A stretch of 63,035 bases of DNA, counting the filler, from Nemertoderma westbladi (lineage: Eukaryota; Animalia; Xenacoelomorpha): assembly GCA_032718475.1 (NCBI GenBank). It is 2 parts of 2 records of this genome, joined end to end, with 100 filler letters (N's around TTAATTAATTAA, not from the genome) between each part and the next. Parts side by side here need not be neighbours in the genome. Positions count along the whole stretch, not along the records: positions 31,085 to 63,035 come from JAUCBJ010002217.1; 1 more part is not named here. One strand, given 5' to 3'. How positions within the stretch are numbered: the stretch's first letter is position 1; every line of letters starts with the position of its first letter. The notes under the pieces are model-generated. The model did no database searches, was not told the origin of the DNA, and saw only the letters and a program-made list of their open reading frames with translations. This document shows positions 49,101 through 61,104 of this stretch, one piece after another. Both the position numbers and the translations under genes were made by a program.

Positions 49101-52100
49101 TTCCTAAAGGAATGCCTGTTCACCACCATGGGTGATCTTCCACAGTAAACCCTTCCACTCTGTTTCCTAAAGGAATGTCTGTTCACCATCATGGGTGATA
49201 TTCCACAGTAAACCCTTCCACTCTGTTTCCTAAAGGAATGCATGTTCACGACCATGGGTGACCTTCCACAATAAACCCTTCCACTTTGTTTCACAAAGCA
49301 ATGCTTGATCACCACCATGGGTGATCTTCCACAGTAAACCCTTCCACTCTGTTTCCTAAAGGAATGCCTGTTCACGACCATGGGTGACCTTCCACAATAA
49401 ACCCTTCCACTTTGTTTCACAAAGCAATGCTTGATCACCACCATGGGTGATCTTCCACAGTAAACCCTTCCACTCTGTTTCCTAAAGGAATGCCTGTCAC
49501 AACTATGGGTGACCTTCCACAATGAACCCTTCCACTTTGTTTCACAAAGCAATGCTTGATCACCACCATGGGTGATCTTCCACAGTAAACCCTTCCACTC
49601 TGTTTCCTAAAGGAATGCATGTTCACTACCATGGGTGATCTTCCACAGTAAACCCTTCCACTCTGTTTCCTTAAGGAATGCCTGTTCCCAACCATGTGTG
49701 ATCTTCCACAGTAAACCCTTCCACTCTGTTTCCTAAAGCAGTGCCTGTTCACCACCATGGATGATCTTCCACAGTAAACCCTTCCACTCTGTTTCCTAAA
49801 GGAATGCCTGTTCACCACCATGGGTGATCTTCCACAGTAAACCCTTCCACTCTGTTTCCCAAAGGAATGCATGTTCACCACCATGGGTGATCTTCCACAG
49901 TAAACCCTGCCACTCTGTTTCACAAAGCAATGCTTGATCACCACCATGGGTGATCTTCCACAGTAAACCCTTCCACTCTGTTTCCTAAAGGAATGCCTGT
50001 CACGACCATGGGTGACCTTCCACAATGAACCCTTCCACTTTGTTTCACAAAGCAATGCTTGATCACCACCATGGGTGATCTTCCACAGTAAACCCTTCCA
50101 CTCTGTTTCCTAAAGAAATGCCTGTTCACCACCATGTGTGATCTTCCACAGTAAACCCTTCCACTCTGTTTCCTAAAGGAATGCATGTTCACTACCATGG
50201 GTGATCTTCCACAGTAAACCCTTCCACTCTGTTTCCTTAAGGAATGCCTGTTCCCAACCATGTGTGATCTTCCACAGTAAACCCTTCCACTCTGTTTCCT
50301 AAAGCAGTGCCTGTTCACCACCATGGATGATCTTCCACAGTAAACCCTTCCACTCTGTTTCCTAAAGGAATGCCTGTTCACCACCATGGGTGATCTTCCA
50401 CAGTAAACCCTTCCACTCTGTTTCCCAAAGGAATGCATGTTCACCACCATCGGTGATCTTCCACAGTAAACCCTTCCACTCTGTTTTACAAAGCAATGCT
50501 TGATCACCACCATTGGTGATCTTCCACAGTAAACCCTTCCACTCTGTTTCCTAAAGGAATGCCTGTTCACGACCATGGGTGACCTTCCACAATAAACCCT
50601 CCACTTTGTTTCACAAAGCAATGCTTGATCACCACCATGGGTGATCTTCCACAGTAAACCCTTCCACTCTGTTTCCTAAAGGAATGCCTGTTCACCACCA
50701 TGGGTGATCTTCCACAGTAAACCCTTCCACTCTGTTTCCTAAAGGAATGCCTGTCACGACCATGGGTGACATTCCACAATAAACCCTTCCACTTTGTTTC
50801 ACAAAGCAATGCTTGATCACCACCATGGGTGATCTTCCACAGTAAACCCTTCCACTCTGTTTCCTAAAGGAATGCCTGTTCACCACCATGGGTGATCTTC
50901 CACAGTAAACCCTTCCACTCTGTTTCACAAAGCAATGCTTGATCACCACCATGGGTGATCTTCCACAGTAAACCCTTCCACTCTGTTTCCTAAAGGAATG
51001 CCTGTTCACGACCATGGGTGACCTTCCACAATAAACCCTTCCACTTTGTTTCACAAAGCAATGCTTGATCACCACCATGGGTGATCTTCCACAGTAAACC
51101 CTTCCACTCTGTTTCCTAAAGGAATGCCTGTTCACCACCATGGGTGATCTTCCACAATAAACCCTTCCACTCTGTTTCCCAAAGGAATGCCTGTTCACGA
51201 CCATGGGTGATCTTCCACAGTAAACCCTTCCACTCTGTTTCCCAAAGGAATACCTGTTCACCACCATTGGTGATCTTCCACTGTAAACCCTTCCACTCTG
51301 TTTCCCAAAGGAATGCATGTTCACCACCATGGGTAATCTTCCACAGTAAACCCTTCCACTCTGTTTCCCAAAGGAATACCTGTTCACCACCATTGGTGAT
51401 CTTCCACTGTAAACCCTTCCACTCTGTTTCCCAAAGGAATGCATGTTCACCACCATGGGTAATCTTCCACAGTAAACCCTTCCACTCTGTTTCCCAAAGG
51501 AATACCTGTTCACCACCATGGGTGATCTTCCACAGTAAACCCTTCCACTGTGTTTCCCAAAGGAATGCATGTTCACCACCATGGGTGATCTTCCACAGTA
51601 AACCCTTCCACTCTGTTTCCTAAAGGAATGCCTGTTCACTACCATGGGTGATCTTCCACTGTAAACCCTTCCACTCTGTTTCCCAAAGGAATGCCTGTTC
51701 ACCACCACGGGTGATTTTCCACAGTAAACCCTTCCACTCTGTTTCCTAAAGGAATGCCTGTTCACCATCATGGGTGATCTTCCACAATAAACGCTTCCAC
51801 TCTGTTTCCCATAGGAATGCCTGTTCGCCACCATGGGTGATCTTCCACAGTAAACCCTTCCACTTTGTTTCACAAAACAATGCCTGTTCACCACAATGGG
51901 TGACCTTCCACAATAAACCCTTCCACTTTGTTTCACAAAGCAATGCCTGTTCACCACCATGGGTGATCTTCCACAATAAACGCTTCCACTCTGTTTCCCA
52001 TAGGAATGCCTGTTCGCCACCATGGGTGATCTTCCACAGTAAACCCTTCCACTTTGTTTCACAAAACAATGCCTGTTCACCACAATGGGTGACCTTCCAC

Positions 52101-53510
52101 AATAAACCCTTCCACTTTGTTTCACAAAGCAATGCCTGTTCACCACCATGGGTGATCTTCCACAGTAAACCCTTCCACTCTGTTTCCCAAAGGAATGCCT
52201 GTTCACGACCATGGGTGACCTTCCACAATAAACCCTTCCACTTTGTTTCACAAAGCAATGCTTGATCACCACCATGGGTGATCTTCCACAGTAAAACCTT
52301 CCACTCAATTTCCTAAAGGAATGCCTGTTCACCATTATGGGTGATCTTCCACAGTAAACCCATCCACTCTGTTTCCTAAAGGAATGCCTGTTCACCACCA
52401 TGGGTGATCTTCCACAGTAAACCCTTCACTCTGTTTCCTAAAGGAATGCCTGTTCACCACCGTGGGTGATCTTCCAGTAAACCCATCCACTCTGTTTCCT
52501 AAAGGAATGTCTGTTCACCACCATGGGTGATCTTCCACAGTAAACCCATCCACTCTGTTTCCTAAAGGAATGCCTGTTCACCATTATGGGTGATCTTCCA
52601 CAGTAAACCCATCCACTCTGTTTCCTAAAGGAATGCCTGTTCAACACCATGGGTGATCTTCCACAGTAAACCCTTCACTCTGTTTCCTAAAGGAATATCT
52701 GTTCACCACCATGGGTGATCTTCCACAGAAAACCTTCCACTCAGTTTCCTAAAGGAATCCCTGTTCACCATTATGGGTGATATTCCACAGTAAACCCTTC
52801 CACTCTGTTTCCTAAAGGAATGCCTGTTCACCATTATGGGTGATCTTCCACAGTAAACCCATCCACTCTGTTTCCTAAAGGAATGCCTGTTCACCATTAT
52901 GGGTGATATTCCACAGTAAACCCATCCACTCTGTTTCCTAAAGGAATGCCTGTTCAACACCATGGGTGATCTTCCACAGTAAACCCTTCACTCTGTTTCC
53001 TAAAGGAATGTCTGTTCACCACCATGGGTGATCTTCCACAGCAAACCCTTCCACTGGGTTTCCTAAAGTAATGCCTGTTCACCACCATGGGTGATCTTCC
53101 ACAGTAAACCCTTCCACTCTGGTCTCTAGAGGAATGCCTGTTCACCACCGTGGGTGATCTTCCACAGTAAACCCTTCCACTTTGTTTCACAAAACAATGC
53201 CTGTTCACCACCATGGGTGCCCTTCCACAATAAACCCTTCCACGTTGTTTTACAAAGCAATGCCTGTTCTCCACCATGGGTGATCTTCCACAGTAAACCC
53301 TTCCACTCTGTTTCCTAAAGGAATGCCTGTTCACCACCATGGGTGATCTTCCACAGTAAACCCTTCCACTCTGTTTCCTAAAGGAATGTCTGTTCACCAT
53401 CATGGGTGATATTCCACAGTAAACCCTTCCACTCTGTTTCCTAAAGGAATGCATGTTCACGACCATGGGTGATCTTCCACAGTAAACCCTTCCACTCTGT
53501 TTACCAAAGG
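31112..53510. repeat. 63-bp satellite array, ~355 monomers, with higher-order repeats
   Basis: Consensus CCACAGTAAACCCTTCCACTCTGTTTCCTAAAGGAATGCCTGTTCACCACCATGGGTGATCTT; block duplications of 2335, 3788, 1196 and 4211 bp are shown by offsets of matching ORFs. Confidence 0.99.
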
Positions 53511-54937
53511 TAAGTGTTTATTAAATTTTAGCAATAAGCCAATAAGGTCCTAGACTAATTTAAAAGTTATAAATAATAATCATTCATTATAATAATAATT
53601 AATTAATTACGCACATTTACACTGATACAAATGGGACAACATTATAATTATTGATTAAATAAAAAATAATATATATTTAATTTACTGTAGTTTATTTTAT
53701 GTAAAGTACAAAATGCTTATAAAAGAAGCTGCATAAAATTTCTAGAGGGTACGGTACCCGTACATGCATATGAAATGGTTTGGTTTCAGTTCGTTACGTT
53801 AGGGGCGTGTGGAAAATTCGCTGGCGGTATTGATTCTAATTGTTCTATATTAATTACAAATTATTATGTGTTATTGAGCATTGTCCGAACCGGAACAATA
53901 TTAGTACTAATGAAAATGTCGGTCGCATGAAGAAAACTACATTAAAACACATCGAATTGTTATAATAGGGTAGCCGCCAAGTGGGGTGACTTTGGTAGTG
54001 TGAGTGACTTTAATAATGGAGACCGATGAATGCGTTTTGTTGTCTTAAAATCATTAATTAGTTATTTGGTGGCGAGATATTTGAACTCATTTGGAAACCT
54101 GTAATTTCTGAATTTATTTCGGCAGTTTGCAGCCTAGTATGTGAAATTGTACGTGATTTAATGTGGAGCTGTTTTTTTTAAATACCTATTTTTGAAAACC
54201 TCTAATCTGCCTGCCAAAGATGCAAGCTACGGATAGATATTTTTATATACGTTTATTGACCTAAACTTTGGTATACCCATATAAATTTCAACCCCCAAAA
54301 AAGTAGATCCGGAAAAAATTTGATATTTTAATTGCGTTTTTTTGTCATGCATTGCCCTTATAGCCGTATGTGTCATCATAAAATTACACTGGGTCAGTGG
54401 GTCATGGTATAATCATAAACTAGGCTTAGACTCTTGTTTTATGAAGGGCAACTGTCTGAATCACTCAACTGCACCACATTTCGGATGTGTGTCTCCGGTA
54501 AACCTAAGTGTAGCACGTAATAAGTGCAAAAGCGTTATTGATCCTATTCGATTTGAATGTTTATAGGGAACTTTCCGTCCCAAATCCTGTTCCTAATCAT
54601 AACTTTATAGTTAAAGCCACCACCACTGGTGTAGATTTATTAATACATAAATATAAACGAACTAAAGATTATTAAATTATAATTTGGGTAGCCTTATTCT
54701 AGAACATACATACAGTGCATCAATTATTTGCATATCTGACAGCAAGTAAATTAAATAAATATAGTCGAAATAATATTACAAATATTAAATATAATAAATA
54801 ATATTAAATTAATTGGGTTCATTAATAAAGCACGATTCACATGAAATGGAAAGAGAATTTGTGCCCCGACATAAAAGATAATAGATGAGTTTACCCGCTA
54901 GATGGGTTTACCGGTATTTATATTATTTCTGGAGACA

Positions 54938-55168
54938 GGGGGGGGGGGGGGGGGGACTGGACGCAAAACCCGCCTTGGCGAATTAATATCCCGCCTCAAT
55001 GTTAAATTCTCAATTTATGGAAAGGAGCAGGTTACAGTGGCACGTTATTTTAACCAAAACAATAAACTAAACACAATAGAACAGGTTACAGTTTTATTTT
55101 TGAGAGTGATCAGCTGTTATTTGCGTCCAATTTCCCGTGGAGAGGGATTCATTTTTATTACGTCCAGT

Positions 55169-55200
<32 letters not shown>
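54938..55200. mobile_element. MITE family A, second copy
   Basis: (G)n-ACTGGACGCAAAA ... TTACGTCCAGTT-(C)n; reverse complement of 507-760. Confidence 0.7.
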
Positions 55201-55737
55201 ATATCTTTATTTCTGGGAGACAATGTTGGGTGAAATTCTTGTGTAAAGTTTTTGTTACATTACGTCAACTTAAGTGTAAGATTAGTTGCCGTACAGTTGT
55301 TATAGTAACTGCAGTTAATTGCCAAAAAATGATATGAATTTTATAAACATTCCACAACATTACAATATTAAAAGGTAATACATAAGCGTCGAGAACCCCG
55401 ATATGTTGATATAACGTAATAAAATTACGTATTTCATTGTATGAAAATATCACTATTCGGCGTTTAATCAAGCCAACAGTCGGCTTAGACCGAAGGCGAC
55501 CCGGAGACTCATCTTTCGATAGAGGAGGTAGGCGTGGGCGCTACTCATATCCCAAGTTTTGCTCCCAGTAATTTAACTGGACCCAATTTAGCGTTTAATA
55601 TCGCTACATAAATACACTCGGGTCATAACGCTGAAAAGTGGTACTTATCATTTAATACCGGTAACTGATTATATTTAATTAATTATTTATCTAAAAACTA
55701 AAAGCTAACGAATTTAATATTTAACATATTTATTAAT

Positions 55738-55800
55738 ATTAATATTAATATATATATATACATATATATATATACATATATATATTAATATTAATATTAA
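55738..55800. repeat. AT microsatellite / palindromic AATATT tract
   Basis: (TA)n with TAATAT repeats on both sides. Confidence 0.8.
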
Positions 55801-56314
55801 CATAATATTTAACAAATAAAATTTTCCATGTGAAACGGCCAACAGGGATGATAATAGGAACCCAATACCTCGAATTTAAAATTTAAAAAATCTACATTAA
55901 TTGGAAATAAATAATTAGCACAGCACAAGATCAAAGGCACAGTTACAATCAATGGCATGGCAATTAAAATGGTAAACAATGTGTTACTGTAAATCTATTT
56001 GAAATGAAAGGTTAAATTCTAACAAACTAGTAACTACATTGATTCATTAATCCTAAACTCAAAAGGGCATCACACTTTAACTCCCTCCAGCTTCATTAAT
56101 CTCACAAGTTAACGCCGATTGCAAATCCCACTGTGTTTTTTTTAGTAAATTAACACCCACTCCCGGTGTATTTAACGAAAGTTAAATAAAATGACACACA
56201 ATCAGCATTTTTAAAAGCTAAAAGTGTGGAAGCAATATAATTGAATAGGTTGTTACCTTAAAAAAATTAAGCGATTTGTGCCGTCTTACTATACACAAAC
56301 ACAGGGTGGTACTA

Positions 56315-57958
56315 CTACATGATAGCTTCATGGGCCTTGGGTTTAGGTGGCCCTAAATGGAACCACTGTGCTTCCCCCTTATCTGTGTCTACTTCATCGA
56401 AACGAATATATACCGCACCGAGAAAGGAATTCTCCTTGAGAACGTCGTAACTATGGACGCTGACTCTAAGCCCTCGGTTCCCGACATCGGACGATGATAT
56501 TTCGTAAAGAAACTGCTCGTTGTACGTCGGATTGGCGCTGCGTTTAACAACTTTAGTCTTCCGTTTGTCCGTCAGTCCAGGGAGGAGGTATAGTTTAACA
56601 TACGGGTCCGGGGGATTTCCGTCTAAGAAGGAGAGAGCCTTGCAGTGATGCACCATGATGGTTAGAGATCGTCCGCGGTGAAGGATCGATAGTTTAACGT
56701 CGCCGGAGATGCGACCAGTCAAGGGGACCCGGCTAAGCGGGGATCCGGACCGCGGTCGGCGTTCCATCTGGTTCTCCTTCACGTCGACGGGCCACACGTG
56801 GAACCACGTGTAGACCACGTTGCTACGGGAGATATCCTGCGCTGCGGACAGTATCTCCTGTAGGTACATGTTGAGATCGGGGATTTTCGATTGAACGACG
56901 AGTTTGCTGGAGGTTCGAGAGACCGCGGGCCGGGACGGGAACAACGGCAAGGCAGCGTGCGGGAAGAACGTCGACAAACTCTGGTGGAAGTCACGGAAAT
57001 CGGAAAACTTACGGAATATAAACTGAGGTTTACTAACTCCCGCCCGCGCCAATTTAATAACGTATAAATAACATTTATCAGGTGAATAACATTTCTTATA
57101 GTCAAATACAGTAGCTGAGTGAATGATACCGTCTTGGGAAGCTGTGAACATTCGCGTCGCAAAATGGAACATTTTATCCCAGTTGGGTGGATTGGAGAAC
57201 ATTTGGGCGACGTTATGAACGAAGAAGTTAAACTGCACGGATCGGCAGTTCAAACTGGTCTTTATCAACCGAGTGAACTGGCTGGTGGCTTCGTCGTCGG
57301 TGAATCGGAGAAGCAACGCGTTAGCGACGTAACGAAGGTCCTCTCGCGTCTGCAACTCCGTTAGTCCGGAGTTCAACATGAGAGAAAGTAAACCGAGGAG
57401 AAGCCTAGAGTTCCTACGGATAATGTTGTAAGCTGAGCAGCAGAGATCGATGAAGTCCTGGAAGCGGGGCGTCTGTTTGGACCCTCCGTTGATTACGTAG
57501 GCCATCTCGGGAGTGAGTATGAACGGGGAGCGATCGCGTTTCACGGAGCCGAACTTCTCCGCGTGGCCCATGAAGCGACCGAAGTCGATATGGAATAGTT
57601 GACCGGTTCGCTTGACCATAATGTTGTCGTTGTGCCGGTCGCCGACACCCAGTATGTAGGTGGCGACGCAGTAGCCCGCGGTGCTGTGGGTGAAGGCGTC
57701 GACGGCCCGGTCGAACTCGCTCGCGGTCGCGTTGTGCGCGAGCAACCAGTCCGCCAGCGGGTGGTCCCGGAAGGAGCCCGTGAGACCGCCCCCGTGCTGC
57801 GTGTGCACCGCTCGGAGGGTCTCCGCGTCCCGTACCATCTCGACGAGACCCCCGTCGCGCCCCGTCGCTACGCAACCGTACGTTATCATATGGAGGTCTA
57901 ACCCTTCCGACAGCCACAATGAGTTCATTATCTTAAGGAGTTGCACTGTTAATGAATC
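56315..57958 (-). CDS. PIK3C2: Class II phosphatidylinositol 3-kinase (PI3K-C2), terminal exon: kinase C-lobe + PX + C2
   Basis: Acceptor tttttcctcAG at 57960-59, then DSLTVQLLKIM; GYCVATYILGVGDRHNDNIM, LFHIDFG, KRDRSPF; PX (FRKFSDF..FHQ.L) and C2 (PDPYVKLYLLP..KRKTKVVK...NPTYNE) define class II. Upstream exons not recognised in the window. Confidence 0.95.
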   Translation of the reverse strand, partial: DSLTVQLLKIMNSLWLSEGLDLHMITYGCVATGRDGGLVEMVRDAETLRAVHTQHGGGLTGSFRDHPLADWLLAHNATASEFDRAVDAFTHSTAGYCVATYILGVGDRHNDNIMVKRTGQLFHIDFGRFMGHAEKFGSVKRDRSPFILTPEMAYVINGGSKQTPRFQDFIDLCCSAYNIIRRNSRLLLGLLSLMLNSGLTELQTREDLRYVANALLLRFTDDEATSQFTRLIKTSLNCRSVQFNFFVHNVAQMFSNPPNWDKMFHFATRMFTASQDGIIHSATVFDYKKCYSPDKCYLYVIKLARAGVSKPQFIFRKFSDFRDFHQSLSTFFPHAALPLFPSRPAVSRTSSKLVVQSKIPDLNMYLQEILSAAQDISRSNVVYTWFHVWPVDVKENQMERRPRSGSPLSRVPLTGRISGDVKLSILHRGRSLTIMVHHCKALSFLDGNPPDPYVKLYLLPGLTDKRKTKVVKRSANPTYNEQFLYEISSSDVGNRGLRVSVHSYDVLKENSFLGAVYIRFDEVDTDKGEAQWFHLGPPKPKAHEAIM

Positions 57959-58014
57959 CTGAGGAAAAATAAATTAAGGCATTAAATAAAAGCCGAGTAG
58001 CTTAAATTGTGCCT

Positions 58015-58291
58015 GTCACCTTGGTGTAGTGCTTGCATTGAATTCACATCTCTCCCGAGGTCGTGGGTTCGACCCCATGGGGGTCAGGGTTACAGGGTAG
58101 TTTTCATTTCGGCACGAATGCGTTAAAGGGACTAGCCAGGACGCATATCTGCCTTTCATGACTGCATATTATGAGTACTGTAGTATCATCTGGGGAGTAT
58201 AATTCTGGGGGGACCGCACTGGAAATATGTCGTCAGACTTTGTGCGTAATCCCTGGCCTAACGGCTGAAGAAAACTTTTATACTTTACTTT
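58015..58291 (+). mobile_element. tRNA-derived SINE family 2
   Basis: A box TGGTGTAGTG, B box GGTTCGACCCC (58066), core GCCTTTCAT...ATGAGTAC, tail (TACTT)n; homologous to 61936-62205. Confidence 0.85.
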
Positions 58292-59410
58292 GAAATATAT
58301 CTCGGGTACGTAGACATTTTATAAGCATATAGTCTCACTATTGGGTCAAAACACAAAAAATTGCAAAAAGTTAAGATTTTATAAAGTTTTGTACAATTAT
58401 ATTCTGAACTGAAACCAATAGCAATGGTCGTCAAGGTCTTTATCTAATTCTATAAATTTTACTCACTAAAGCAGTAGTTTGTCCTGATGTCCTCCTGCCT
58501 GTGATATTGCCAAATATATGCAATGTTGTCTATGTTTACAAGCAGAGTAATTTTACAAATATTAAGCTTGTTATATTATTATTCGACTATTATTTATCTA
58601 CTTGTGAAGTCTAATATTTTCTATGGAAGTGCAAAAAATGGGTTCAATAATTTTGACTTTTAAATTCTTTTATTCTTAAATTGTTACTTTATCGCTTTAG
58701 ACTAAAATCGGGAGAAAAAGTTGCACTTTTTCCCTAGGGAGAAAGTAACCCAAAGAATTGCATTGAATTTTCTTTTTTTCCCGGCGAAAAAAGTAAAATA
58801 ATATATTTTTGTTGGAATTAAAAAAAAATATATATAATAAAAAAATAATAAATAAAAATATAATAATATAATAAAAATAATAAAAAAAAATAAAATTACG
58901 TATTACATGGGGAATAAAGTAGAACATTTTTTTTTCAAGATTCTCTCGACGATTTATTAACCTCGTTGACGCTCGTTAAATAAAATGCCTCTAAAATAGT
59001 GAAAAAAAGTTCAACTTTTTTTCCCGTGTAATAAATAATTACATTTTTTAATAGATTATTATTTTAACTCCTTCCATAGAAAAGGCGTTAAAAATAAAAT
59101 GAATTATTTCACTCCTTTTACATTATGTTCACTGCAAATTAAGTTATTGAATTCGAACAATGTAATCTGTAATATTTACATCAATGTGAATAACGTGGAA
59201 CATCTTTTTACTATGCTCTAGATTCTTTATTAATCTTGCTACGCTCGGTAAATAAAATATCTCGAGTTTAGTGAAAATAATGTTCTACATTATTTACCAT
59301 ACAAAAAAAAATAATTATTATACTGTGTTGTATCATAGCCAGCCATTCATCACATTAGTCGCGATGATTTAATATCATTAGTGAGGATGGGGTGCTAAGA
59401 CTTAGTCAGC

Positions 59411-59416
59411 TATAAA
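59411..59416 (+). promoter_or_regulatory. Candidate TATA box for the protamine-like ORF
   Basis: TATAAA 45 nt upstream of ATG 59456, preceded by AP-1-like TTAGTCA. Confidence 0.4.
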
Positions 59417-59455
59417 CAGAAGGGTTATGTGAGTAGGTAAACCGAAAGAAGATAT

Positions 59456-59611
59456 ATGGAGAAAAGGAGATATAAGAGGCGAAAGGGAAGCAAGAGAGGG
59501 AACGGGAAGAAGAAGGGAAAGGGGGGTAGATCAAGGAGTCGAAAAGGGAGAAGTCGAGGTAGAAAGGCCAAGGGGAAGAAAGGGAAGAAATCACGATCGC
59601 AGAGACGGTGA
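59456..59611 (+). CDS. Putative protamine-like / sperm nuclear basic protein (51 aa), antisense in the presumed PI3K-C2 intron
   Basis: MEKRRYKRRKGSKRGNGKKKGKGGRSRSRKGRSRGRKAKGKKGKKSRSQRR*; 29/51 K+R, 10 G, 6 S, RSRS motif; mixed synonymous codons, so not a simple repeat. Confidence 0.6.
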   Translation: MEKRRYKRRKGSKRGNGKKKGKGGRSRSRKGRSRGRKAKGKKGKKSRSQRR

Positions 59612-59759
59612 AAGAAATAATAGGGAAAGTCTGCGGTCGAATCTCTGAAGATAAACTCTGCACCCAGCTTTTAGTTTTAGGCACAATTCTACTTTGTAAT
59701 TATTTTAAATTCACCCGTTTCTAATTTTATTTAAATGTTTTTTTATAATATTGCTGTAA

Positions 59760-59812
59760 TTATATACAGCTGAAGAAGCCTGTGATGGATGAAATGGCCA
59801 TCTGGTAAATAA
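59760..59812 (+). ncRNA. Minimal type-I hammerhead ribozyme-like motif (Penelope-type), possibly degenerate
   Basis: TTATATACAG-CTGAAGA-AGCC tgtgat GGAT-GAA-ATGGCCAT-C-TGGTAAATAA: both core boxes, palindromic stem III, AUC triplet; imperfect stems I and II. Confidence 0.5.
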
Positions 59813-59941
59813 CCTCCCTTTTTAATATATCCACGTTGTAAAAGACCTTTCTTAATAAAATTATTACCTTAACCAAGAAACATAGCCGCCCACATAACTG
59901 GGTCAATCTTAAAATACTCCCAATTTTGTTGTCCTTGAGCA

Positions 59942-59983
59942 GCTGGCGGCTGGCGGCTGGCGGCTGGCGGCTGGCGGCTGGCT
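59942..59983. repeat. (GCTGGCG)n heptamer microsatellite
   Basis: About 5.5 copies flanked by a duplicated TGTCCTTGAGCAGCTGGCG. Confidence 0.85.
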
Positions 59984-60079
59984 GTCCTTGAGCAGCTGGC
60001 GAATGTAAGTTATTAGCTGGTTTTGTTTCATGTCGGTTTGAGGCAGTACAGATTTGTAAATAGACTGAAAAGCAGATTG

Positions 60080-60460
60080 AATACCGGCCGGATTTTGAGA
60101 AAAAAATCCGGCACCGGATTTCAATTTTTTTGGCCGGATTTCCATTCCAACGAATTGTTAAAATAATTTACAATTAATATAAATTTTCAAAAATAACATC
60201 AAAATAAATTTTCTTTCTAATTCACACTAATTAAAACATAAGCAAATACAATGGAATACAATACAATTTTTTTGTTAGTTTGTATCATCTTCATCCCATT
60301 ATATCAAATTAGCAGATATCAAATCGCGTAGGTTATGGTGCAAATGCTTATGGTGATATATAAAAGAATTCGGCTTTGGCCGGAATTCCGGCCGGATTTT
60401 TTTTTACAAATCCGGTTCCGGCCTGGCCGGTTTGAAAAAGCTCAATCCGGCACATCCCTA
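60080..60460. mobile_element. hAT-like MITE remnant
   Basis: Multiple CCGG/GCCGGATTT subterminal motifs ending in GCACATCCCTA (TAGGGATG-type terminus); the other end was not found. Confidence 0.45.
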
Positions 60461-61104
60461 GAAAAGGGGTTGGTTATTTACGCAGTGTTCACCTTTGGGA
60501 GAAGCGCTTGCCATGCCTTATAGGTAAAAATTGAAACACCAATATTGATGTTTCACACGTTAAAACGTTACACGTTTTTTCTTTCGCTTTTTCTTCCCGG
60601 TAATACGTAGTGACCAGCAGTGACGTTAGTAGTAATTCACTAACCCAGTAAATACTAGGGAAATAATCAAATAATCTCTGATTTCAAATTCATGTAATCT
60701 CATTAAGATTTGCAGAAAAATTTGAGGGGAGGGAGGGGGGGGGGGGGGAGTGATGATCTCAATATATTACAAGGGGTAGGGTGGTGGGGGGTGGTTTATG
60801 GCAATCGAGTCACTTGGTTATTATATATTAATAAATTAATAAACATCAGTAACGCAAAATCTATAATATACCGAATACCTATAATGTAAAAATATATACA
60901 CACGATTAATTATAAAATAGCACGTAACTCTGTGAGTATCTTGTATTTACAATCAATCAACCTGCTTTCTCTGACAGGCACCATAGGAATGTGGCTCTTC
61001 ATGAATTATGGTATACTTTGTTGCAGAAACTTGGGTTCACACACTTCCATTTTGGTGTGTCTGTAATTGTGATGCCTTTCAACTTCTTACATTTTCTAAC
61101 CATC

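Noticed and set aside
31029-53466. Dozens of repeat ORFs as real genes or a zinc-finger array
   Set aside because: Satellite translation; frequent frameshifts, no C2H2 spacing, no unique domain; the first ORF also crosses the N linker.
53505-53516. Perfect donor AAAG|GTAAGT at the right end of the satellite, suggesting an exon
   Set aside because: All three plus-strand frames contain stops in the consensus monomer and no acceptor or partner exon was found; may be chance.
58260-58280. CTGAAGA in the SINE2 tail as a hammerhead core
   Set aside because: No stem II/GAAA/stem III arrangement, and the other copy reads CCGAAGA.
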